Source: Antedon mediterranea (lineage: Eukaryota; Animalia; Echinodermata). Taken from it: a stretch of DNA of 64,000 nt. The notes beneath the pieces are model-generated. The model had not been told where the DNA came from and made no database searches. It worked only from the letters and a program-made list of their open reading frames with translations. Location: positions 5,726,101 to 5,790,100 of the forward strand of contig NC_092677.1 of the NCBI RefSeq assembly GCF_964355755.1, written 5' to 3'. Shown here piece by piece: positions 53,501 to 64,000 of this stretch. The translations under genes were made by a program, and so were the position numbers. How positions within the stretch are numbered: the stretch's first letter is position 1; each line of letters starts with the position of its first letter.

Positions 53501-56500
53501 ATTTCAAATGTCTTGAACCTTGCAATACTTGGACGGTATTTAAAACTCATCACAACTGGTTTACCACCTTCAACTGTCACTGTATTAATACCTTTATTGC
53601 TCCACTCAATATTCTTGTAATACATGAAATCTAAAAATTAAATAAACAAAACTAAACTGGTAAAACTAGTATTTTTTTATTTTATTAATTTAGTCCCCGA
53701 AATATTTATTTACATGAAATATTCAATAAAACCTACAGAAAAAGGAAATTCAGAAAAATAGAAATGTTTGAAACATAACTCAGAACATAATAGTATAACA
53801 TTGAAGCGTTATTATGAATATGGCATGTAAAATATAAAGGCACTATTAGCTTAATAAAATAATTATCTTTACGCCATGGTTTCCTCGATATTTCCGTAAT
53901 TCAATAAGAATTTTACTTACAAACAAGAAGCAGTAACCATAAGAACAAACCAACAATCAAAACAATCAGGATGATGTGCAATGAACCCGAACCTGTTTAA
54001 AAAAATACTATTTCCAATATTACAGTGTAAAAACAAATGGATACAGAATTACAAATATAATTTTACAGATATTTAAACCAGAGAAAAGTAAAATTACTGT
54101 AATTATTTCACTTTCTCTGATTTTAAACTAATATTATAATATTATTGTTTAAAAACGCTGGCTAAAATCGTTTCATCTTTTTTTTAAATAACACAAAGCA
54201 AATGTAATAATATAAATTAATGCTGCTATTATGCATTCTTATTAAACGCAAGCAAGTGTAAGAAGATTGGGCTGAAATCAAATTAATTTACATATTTCAA
54301 CATTTATTGGCCCCTTTTGAAAATAAAGCAAGGCAGAAAACCCCTATTAATAATAATAATAAATGTCGTTACAGTTTTAAAAATTAATGGCGTTTGACGG
54401 ACTATAAAGCATCATTTTCTAATTATGCAGTTACAATTTGTTATAAACACAAATCATAAAATACATGATGGTATTGCAGGTTCAGTAACATCAAAGTTCA
54501 TTATTGAGCAACGTCATGCTACAGCTACTCTGTACGACTGAGAGCTGTCTGTGTTACGATGGTTTAGACGGTAATCTTGTTTACATAAATTCTGTTTTGT
54601 TCGATAAAGGAATTAGTACATGGTATGCACTGCAATGTAGTACAAGACGAGGTTTGTCCAAATATGTTTTCAGTTAAACTGAAGTTAATTAAATACCGCG
54701 TTAAAGATGTATTGTCCCCCAAAAGAATGAAAAATGAAGATTAATTAAATCAGACTTTGAATAGGTTTTTTTGCAGTTTCAATAAAGTTCATCACTTCCG
54801 TAGAAAAAAAATGAAAATAAATTATGTTTTCCGTTATAAAATGACAAAATAAATGGTAAAATTTAGCCAAAAATTCATTGGCTGGCAGCCAATTTGACTA
54901 TTTTTTTGCAGGTAAGAAATTTTTTTTAAAATCTAATTTTTGGTCAAAGTGGATAACTATTATGTGAAATTATAATGGTATATTCAACAAAAACATTTTA
55001 CATAATTATTTTTTTCAGGGGACAATACATTTTAAATAAAAAAACACCTCCTTAAAATAAACGCCTCTATTTAACATACATAGGCCTAAACATTTAAACT
55101 GCATAATGCAATTGGTATAATTACCTGGGACACAGTTACCTAGTGTTGTTGTACCATTTAGCTTTTCATTCTCTGCATAACATGTAAGACTTGTTTGACA
55201 TGTCTCATCATTAATTACTATAGTTGCTGTATTTTCTCCTTTCTTAACCACTTCTCCATCTTGTAATATCAATACTGATGATAGCTTGGGATAGCCCTCT
55301 GCTGTACATGTTGCAATACCATCTTCAGATGTAAAAGTAACAACAATAACTGAAGCGACAAAATCAGTTAATTTAGCAAAATGTATATAGATTGTGTAGG
55401 TAAATGTCTGTAATAGTATTACATTTTTTCTTAAATGAATTATAGATAACATACATTACATCATGTTATAATACATTTACAAAATCAGCAGAAGTGCATA
55501 TGATGGTCCTCTCTTTACTATGAATATACATTTTAACAACTAGGATATGGAAAACTTGACTTGCAAGAAATTTAGCTCACACTGGGAGTTGACCAGTTAG
55601 GTATGTACATTTTAATTTAAAAATTACAAAACCTGGTGATAATGTTGCAAAAAACTTCACGATTTGTCAATAAAAAATGCATGTACAAGCTATTAATTGT
55701 CATGTACTGTTAATTGTTAAGTAAAGTAATGTTTACCTACAATATACTATCAACTGTATTTCAACACTTGTTTTAGCATCCTCTCCTTTAAACTGATCAC
55801 TTTCTGCTTTACATGTATATATCCCACCATCTTCTTCAGTAGCAGATTTAATCTTAAGAACTGACTCTGTACTGTTATTGGTAATCTTATATCTAGAAGA
55901 ATTGTTGGTGTTGACTGTCTGTCCATCTTCATACCAAGTAATGTGAGGAATAGGATCACCATCAGGTTTACTACAAGTAAAGGTCACTGGTTGACCTTCG
56001 TAAACTGTTCTATGTGAGGCAGAAAGAAGTGGATGATCCAAATCTGAAAAACATAGTTTTTGAATTTAGTATCTGTTGTGTAATGTAGGGATTTCTGAAA
56101 AAAATCATTTATTTGTATTATAATCTACTTATAGAGGAACAGTAATAATATTATATGATTGAATAAAGTGTGAATATAATACATTAAATTGTCTTGTCAA
56201 TGTTTATTAATTTTAAATAAATAAATACCATAATTGATTTAACGAGAGCATTTTACCTATTTACTAATTATTTTTTTATGTACATTACGTGACTACTGTA
56301 ATTCTGAATAAATTGAAATTCAAAATAAATTAATAAACCACTTATACCAATTAAACAAACTGTATTTAAAATTAAATATAACTAGAGGGTGAGCGTGCTT
56401 CGCTCGCTTCCCGTCTAGGAAGTGTAGACGATGGTTCTCGGAATGATAATGACTCTGGTAAAAAGTTTTAGAAGGACATTCTGGCTTGGACGATTTCGAT

Positions 56501-59500
56501 CGGTTACCATTATTTAAATGCGTTTGATATTGGTAAAACTAAACCTACTCACTCACAGTGTCTTAGATGATTAATAGCGTTTTACGTATAGTGTTTATTG
56601 TAGATATGAAAAGTGGTAAAAAAGAATAACAAATGCTTGGTAAATTGTAGATAACAGTCCGATGAAATCTACTAAAAAATAGTATAATTGTGTAATAAAT
56701 ATAATACAATATTGTGTGTATAAATGTGGATGGGCGTTAATTAGATGGCATTTGGATATGGGTGGGGGGGGGGGGGAGTGGCGATAATTATTTTAATTGA
56801 TGTTTTAATGGGGAAGTGTTCCGGGCGTTTATTCAAATCAATACCATCCTAATCGGTATAATTAATACATTATTCCGCGACACAGTGAGCCGTTTTGGCC
56901 TAAGAAGGAAGACATTTTAGACGGCTTGCAATATGGGCAGAAGTATCTATGGTTCTGACGGGACACAGATAGCGCATAGTATACATGAGTCCTGGCAGCT
57001 TACTTGTTTTAAAACTCCCTGGTTGAAACCAACTATAGTTGAGGGCGCATCATGAGTTAGCAACCGTATAAACAGTGCTCCGTCTTCATTAAAAATAAAG
57101 TAAAGTTTTGCCAAAAATAGCCATAAGACAACTGTGCTACATAAGTGAGTATTACAATTTGGTTAATGCTGTCATCGTCTTTTGATCTAAAACTAAGAAA
57201 ATGGTCAGAAAAAAGGACCAAACTGAACGTACCCCTCCGGACACCTCAACGACCCAGGCGACACCCACCGAAGAAACCAGCTAAATCCAGTTATTAAGGC
57301 GGGAGATTAAAACGCTAACAACTGAAATGCAAACAAAACTGGACTCCATACTTAAAAATCAAACCTCAATTATGAATAGAATTGACTCAATGGAGGCAAA
57401 ACAATTAGATATGGAGAAATCCATTACTTTTACCTCCGATTCAATCAACGATCTTGAAAAGAAAGTAACAACGTATGATAGCGAAATGAAAGATATTTCA
57501 ACAACACTTGAAACAGAAAAGAAAAAAATTACCAGTATACAAAATGATATTCTGAATCTTGAACGGTATTCAAGGAGTTTTAACCTGAGATTTGGTGGGA
57601 TAACTGAGGAACCAAACGAAGATGCAACAAAAAAGATTAAGGAATTACTAAATAAAACACTCAACCTAAACGACATCGTCATTGAAACGGCTCATCGCAC
57701 AGGAAAACCATCAACAATAAGTGGTAAGCCAAGACATATCATTGTTAAATTTATATATCGACCACAGAGATTTGAAGTACTCAGAAGAGCTAAGTCGATA
57801 TTGAAAAATTCCGAGATGTTTGTACTAGAAGATAAGCCAGTAGCAGATATTATCAAAAGGCGAGGCCTGCGAGAAGTTATGAAGAAAGCGTATGAAGAAG
57901 GTAAAAAGACTGTCTTTAGAAATGGCAACCTTTACATTAACGGTAAAATGTATACATAACTTCTTTATTTTCGTTCGTTTGTTTTTAATTGAATTCAATT
58001 TGTGACTATATCCTGCCTAACTATAACAGCATTAAACCATATGCAGAAAATGGGTACCACTTATTGTATCCACTAGGAGAATTCAAACTGTACGGAATTG
58101 AAACATCAACACGATCGCGATTATGTGTTTACATAACCTAAACATTAGCAGGTGAAAGAATTGGCACACTGACTTAAATACCATGTTACGTAATCTGTTG
58201 CTGTGTTGTGTGTCACATACTTTGCCTATTGGTTTTGTAGACCGACAAACATAAATACATCTAAATATACAAACTATAGAAACGTACTTACCAATATTAT
58301 TAGAAAACGAAAAAAGGATTACTATTTTAATAAATTTGAAAAAAATAAAAATAATATGAAAGAAACGTGGAATGCCATTAATCAACTTTTAGGTAGGAAG
58401 ACAAAATCCCAACTGCCATCAAACCTAAAATATGGGACAGAGACATACACTAACCCAGAAACAAAATCCGATGCATTCAATTCTTACTTTATTAATATTG
58501 GGAAACAATTAGCTGACAAAATTAACCATGATAACAACCCTGCCATTGATCCAACGTCATATTTGACTGGTAACTACCTTAATTCTATGTATTTCAGACC
58601 CACAACAGAATACGAAATAATGACATACATTAATAAATTAGAAACAGATAAAACACCAGGTCACGATGATATCAGTGCTCACTATATCAAGTACAATCCC
58701 GTCTACCTTACAAAACCTAATTCACACTTAATAAACGTTTCACTCGCCACTGGCCGATTCCCTGATGAACTAAAATGTGCCAAAACTATACCTGTTTTTA
58801 AAAGTGGCGATAGGCAAAACCTTAATAATTATCGACCCATATCAATCTTACCATATATAATAATATATATATTTTTTTTATTATTCAACTGTCATTTATG
58901 ATTATTGATTATTGTCTCTATTGTTTACATATATATTTACTAATTGTTATTGTTTTTATTGTAATTTATTTATTTATTAATTTTTTCCAATTTTTAATTG
59001 TTACATAGGACATCACATTTTAAAGCTTTGCTTATAATGTCATGCCCGATTCAATCAATCAATATATAACTTTTGCTTAAAACCATGTTCAACTGTAGGC
59101 CGTTGCCAATATACTGTAATCTCCCTAAACACTGCTACTTTTAATACTTACAATATTATATGTTTTCATCTTTTCCATTGATTGTAAACCTCTAATTAAA
59201 CTTTCCAGTATTTTATTATTCAACTTCTGTTTCCAATAATATTCAATATAAACAATTAATTTTTATTTTTATCATTACTGTAAATAATCATTGTATATAT
59301 TTTATAATTAATATTTATATTGGTCTTGTTTTTTTGTAAAAATGTACTGTAATATTATACCTTATTATGGTTACCATTTTAACAAATGTACGATTGATTG
59401 AATAAAGTTCACATATATAAAAACCATGCAGGGAACTTGCAAGGTGATTGACACACCTTACCGTGAACCCGGAAATTACTTACCGCGCGTAGAGTTAAAA

Positions 59501-62500
59501 TTTACCAATTGAAATTAGAAAATTTCTTATAAAACCCTTTATAATATCTTCCTAAGATAGAAATATGGAACAATATCGTAATAGTGGAAACTAATGTTAT
59601 AAAATCTACGTTTCGCGGTACATCTGAGATAGATAGGGTAGGTATCCAAGGCGGAGTTTAGTACCGAAGTTTTCCACCGCCTACGTCAGAATTAACCATA
59701 ATTTATATATAGAAGCTTAAATATTAAATATACTGTATAAAGATAGAAGATGCTGCTACTGTGAAATACATTAAATGGTAACAAATAGGGTGATCCCTCC
59801 GCTTGAACACTGAACTCACTTAGTATAAATTGAACTGAACGTTTTGCAACATGTGTATACCCAGTACTACCAAGGAACTAAATCTGAAAATCCCAAAATA
59901 GATTTTCTTTGATCGTTTCTGCCTTGTATAATGTACTTTTTAAAATTATACTTTAAAATCGAATTTTGTTTTAGTAATATTCTGAATGTAATGTTAGTAT
60001 TTGAATAAAATGTCAACAGGAATTTTATATTGTTTTATACTGTACGCCTTATTCTTTTAATCACTAGAAATGGCCTATATATATTAGTGAAGCCTATAAG
60101 GCTTATAAATTACCAGGTATAGGACATTCTGATCGTAATTGTATTAATCTTATTCCGAAATATAAACAGAAACTTAAACAGCAGAAACCTATTGTTATAG
60201 AAAGATTAGTGTGGTCTGAGGATAAGGTTAATGAGTTAAAAGGGTGTTATGAAGCCACTGATTGGAATATGTTTATGGACTCTTCGGAAACTTTAAATGA
60301 GGCTACAGTAGCAATTGTTGAATACATAAAATTCTGTCAAAATCTGATCTTACCCAAAAAGAAAATTAGAATATCTAATAATAATAAGCCTTGGCTCACA
60401 AAAGATGTAAGAAAGGAATTACTTAAGAAATATATTGCATCCAAAAACAAATGCAACGAGATGGAAAAGAAAAAGATTCAAAAATGTGTAAATAAGAAAA
60501 TCAAATCATGTAAAAAAGAATAGGCCTATGGAGAAAAAAATGAGAACAAATTCAAGTGCCGGGACACCCGTCAGGCCTGGAATGGAGTTAGGAAAATTAC
60601 AGGTATGGGGAAGAAAAATAATGAAATGGAACACAGTTTTAAACCAAATGATTTTAATATTTTTTATTCTAGATTTGATGAAATAAATTTTAAATGTGAA
60701 ATGACTGCATCTGCTGAAGGGTTTAAAAATGAAATGAATGATAAAAGTGCAATAAAAATTGATGTAGATGATGTTAAGAAATATATGGAAAGGGTAAATG
60801 TTAGTAAAGCAAAGGGTCCGGACGGTGTATCAGAGCGTTTGATTAGATCATGTGCCTCTCAGCTTTCACCAATAATAAGCCAGCTTTTCCAGTGTTCACT
60901 GAAAACGGGGGTGTTACCTGATCTATGGAAGGTCTCTGAGATTATACCTGTTCCGAAAATGTGTAACCCTAAAATCATTAACGACTTCAGACCAGTGGCA
61001 TTAACATCTATTCTAATGAAGATCCTTGAGAAAATTGTTAGAAGTCAACTAATGTCTGAATGTAGTGATTTTATGGATAATAACCAATTTGCATATCAAT
61101 GTAATAGAGGGGTCGATAATGCTATTATAACCTTGTTAGACCTGGTGGTTTCACATTTAGATAAGAAGGGGACCTATGCTCGAGGGCTATTCATAGACTT
61201 TTCATCTGCATTCAATTTGATGCAGCCTCATATTTTAATGAATAAAATGTCTGAAAGCAGTACCTTCATCTAGTTCAGTGTCGTGTCGTCATTAATCATT
61301 CGTAAAAATATAGGTAAAAACCCCGATAATAATAATAACTGAGGAAGCATTGTGTCGACGGATCGTTAATCAGTACTCGAAAAAAGAGAAGGTGGTAGAA
61401 TGGGTGCGTATACACACAAGGAATAGCCCACAATAAAGTGCCCTAACCTGTTCAACTGTACTTCCTGTTTGTGTCGGCGGGGTCGCGAGCACGTGATGCT
61501 TAAGATATCTCGCCATAACATGAGCCGTCGAACGCAATTTAATGAATTTAATCGAATTACCGCTCTCGTAAAATTTAACTAGATCAGTACTTATCTCGCC
61601 CTAAGTTCGATATGAACCCAACTTATGGGTTGGTGATTTTCTTACAAATCGGCTACAGTATGTTAACGTTGGTAAATCTATCTCAGAGATTAGAAGGATC
61701 AACAGTGGTGCACCCCAGGGGTGTTTTCTGTCACCAAGTTTATTTACAATATAATACTAGTGAATGTCGATCTTCATGTAGCATGTGTCATATAATCAAA
61801 TACGCAGATGACATGGTACTGATTGGTCTATTGAAAAATGCTGACGATCATGTGTATAAGGCTGAATATGTTAAATTAATGTCATGGTGCAATGGCAATT
61901 ACCTTAAGATTAATTTTAATAAAACTAAAGAAATTATATGGGATTTTAGGAAAAAGAAAAATGAAAAAAGTTATCTGATAGTTAATGATCAGACAATTGA
62001 ACGTGTTCATGAAACCAAATATCTTGGTACACATATTGATGATCAACTTAGTTTTGAAAAAAATACGGCCAAGATAATTAAGAAAGGTCACCAAAGGTTA
62101 TATTTCCTAAGAAAGCTAAATACATTTAATGTTAGCTGTGGTACTTTAAAATTATTCTATGAAACAGTTATTCAATCAGTACTAGTTATCTCTTTTATTG
62201 CTTGGTTCGGTAATTTAAATGAAACACACAAGAAAAGTCTCATTAGAATTACTAAGATAGCATCAAATATAATTGGTTGTACGGTTAATGATTTAAAATA
62301 TCTTTATGAAAAACAGGTCTTAAGTAAATTAAGTAAAATTTTAGAAGATAAGAAACATCCATTACATATGAGATTTTTTAAGAACAAGTCTGGCCGGTTA
62401 CGGGCTCCTAGAGCTGATACGTCAAGAAACCGACTGTCTTTTGTACCAAATTCAACTCATATTTTTAACTCAAAGATTGTTAGATCATAATAGCGCACAT

Positions 62501-63500
62501 GCAATATATATTTTAAAGTTTTACTGTTGATGGATGTTTTAATTAATGTTTTTAAATTGTAAATTTGTTCTATGTATGATGTAATTATGAATGTTTTACC
62601 ATATTTTTCTGTCGAGGAAAACAATTTTTCCATGTAAAATTTATTTTATATGGAACGAATAAAGATTTGATTTGATTTGATTTGATTATACATTTATACG
62701 TTTTATATTAGAATGTGACGCAATTCATATATTTTTGCGATGCCACTTCTTTTTAATAAAACATAATTGAATTGAATAGAACTCAGAGTATGTTCTATTG
62801 TAGTATAATAGTACTTATACTTCCAATATTTTATTTATTTTTATTTTGCTTTAATCCAGTGGCTATGAATTAAAGTTTGGCTCAAACATTCAGATTGCTA
62901 CTCACAATATACAGTTAGAATAGATGGATTTGATCTTTCAATAGCTCCATTTGTTGTTATCAGACACTGAAATCTTCGTAGAGAATCATTTCTCATTGGC
63001 TGTGACATCACCAAGTCAGCTTTCCCAGGTTTTATGTTTAATTTAAAACGTACATTTGCTACAAGTTTTGTTGTAGATCCATCTTCATTTACTTCATCCC
63101 ATTGTATTACATCAGGTGTAGTAGAAGTAAATTGTGAATAATCACAAGTTATCACCACATCAGCATCACCTTCCTTGGTTGTCTGGTCAGATGTTGTCAG
63201 CAACTGACAGTCTGCATCTAAACAAATTAAGTAGATAATCAGTATATATCAGTATATAGCTTGTATGAATACTACAAGTAACTCTAACAACTAAGCTATA
63301 GATATTGCTAAGAAAATATAAACAAAAATGCACCTGAAATGGCAATGCATTGATGGTGAAACATGGTATAAAAACATTCTCTAAAAACATATGTTTTAAA
63401 TAATGATTTTAGAAACACATTTATATATTTTATGTATGAAAAGAAACTTACCCTTTTTAATAACCAGTAATATTACAATAAAATACACAGCTACAAATAA
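50537..63500 (-). CDS. Type I membrane Ig-superfamily receptor C (leader-3Ig-TM-ITIM tail), short isoform; start exon not located
   Basis: Exons 63500-63452, 63217-62906 (V), 56043-55741, 55349-55125, 53992-53921 (TM: IILIVLIVGLFLWLLLLV), 53630-53376, 53004-52962 (VVYNDI), 52810-52657, 52169-52106, 50958-50933 and 50656-50537 (IVYASV, VIYAKV, TAA). Every junction is GT-AG and phase-consistent. Confidence 0.85.
51005..51838. mobile_element. Foldback-type MITE with long TIRs built of 16-bp tandem repeats
   Basis: (aagtcaactcggccyc)n at the left end is mirrored at the right. GG..CC termini. 8-bp TSD taaaatac at 50997-51004 and 51839-51846. Confidence 0.88.
54705..55031. mobile_element. MITE with TTAA flanks (Kolobok-like termini)
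   Basis: ttaa-agatgtattgtcccc ... ggggacaatacattt-taa inverted termini. Confidence 0.65.
56382..59713 (-). mobile_element. Second Helitron-like element (H2) hosting a LINE
   Basis: The reverse strand begins tctatatataaatt (59713) and ends cgagaaccatc..gcgagcgaagc..ctctag|t (56382), the same terminal grammar as H1. Confidence 0.6.
57070..59415 (+). mobile_element. Internally deleted CR1-like LINE (coiled-coil/RRM ORF1 + partial ORF2 + 3' UTR)
   Basis: ORF1 57327-57959 (LERYSRSFNLRFGGI, IETAHR, RHIIVKF). ORF2 remnant (ETWNAIN, FNSYFINIG, PGHDDI, FPDELK, NYRPIS). Confidence 0.85.
60117..62686 (+). mobile_element. 5'-truncated Rex1/Babar-like LINE
   Basis: GHSD..LIPKYKQKL, NNKPW, GPDG, DFRPVAL, IDFSSAFN, YADD, KYLG, QRLYFLRKL. 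(GATTT)n tail. Related to 8396-11555. Confidence 0.9.
61255..61600. mobile_element. Small insertion interrupting the LINE RT
   Basis: Non-RT, GC-richer sequence with imperfect inverted ends (agtac..atctagtt / aactagat.agtac). Confidence 0.45.
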
Positions 63501-64000
63501 CTGGAAAGAACAGAAAATAAATGTATGTCATTAAATAAGAGACAATATTAATCTACAAACAAATTATATAATTTCTCTGAAATACTTTATTCAAAAATGA
63601 TAATCTAATAATGCAGTCAAAACTGTGAAATATGAAGAAACAGTGTGTCTATATAGTTATTCTGTTGTTCATGAGCATATTATCCACATTCATTTACAAA
63701 TTTCGAATGTTTTTTCTCTTTGGTATAGACTATGTGATACTTGCTGATTGTGTCATGTGCTTAACGTTATTACGTTTCAAAATGTCATGGGTAAGTATGC
63801 TCTGGCCTTAATCTAACCATCCACTTTAAATATACGAGTTTCATGGTACTGAGTGTGAAATCTTAAAACGCAAGCAATAAGCCAAATCCAAGCGTTAAAC
63901 AAACACAAGAAAAGAAAATTGTAACTACTGTTACTTCTATGAATTTTTTTTGAAACTGGAATATTTTCTTTCACCACAGCTAGATTAAAAACAAGTACCG

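Overview
AT-rich metazoan (invertebrate-type) genomic DNA with GT-AG introns; no prokaryotic features. Splicing exons by hand reveals a tandem array of head-to-head immunoglobulin-superfamily receptor pairs. The plus-strand member (B, 3649-7104, complete, about 523 aa) is signal peptide-3 Ig-TM with a cytoplasmic ITAM and repeated (NP)xYQGL exons. The minus-strand member (C, 63500 down to 31863; A, 2063 running off the left edge, has the same leader type) has a very similar 3-Ig ectodomain but an unrelated TM and a tail of ITIM and ITSM exons. That tail is followed, in compatible reading frame, by more Ig domains and an Asp-box sialidase (GH33/NEU-like) propeller lacking most catalytic residues. 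A middle pair (E, B') has lost both ectodomains in a transposon-filled gap, and its signalling motifs have decayed, yet E's Ig and pseudo-sialidase exons remain open. The rest is nested mobile DNA: LINEs, Helitrons, a tRNA-derived SINE, an LTR fragment and MITEs. All exon joins are manual predictions without transcript evidence, and family assignments come from motif recognition, not database searches.
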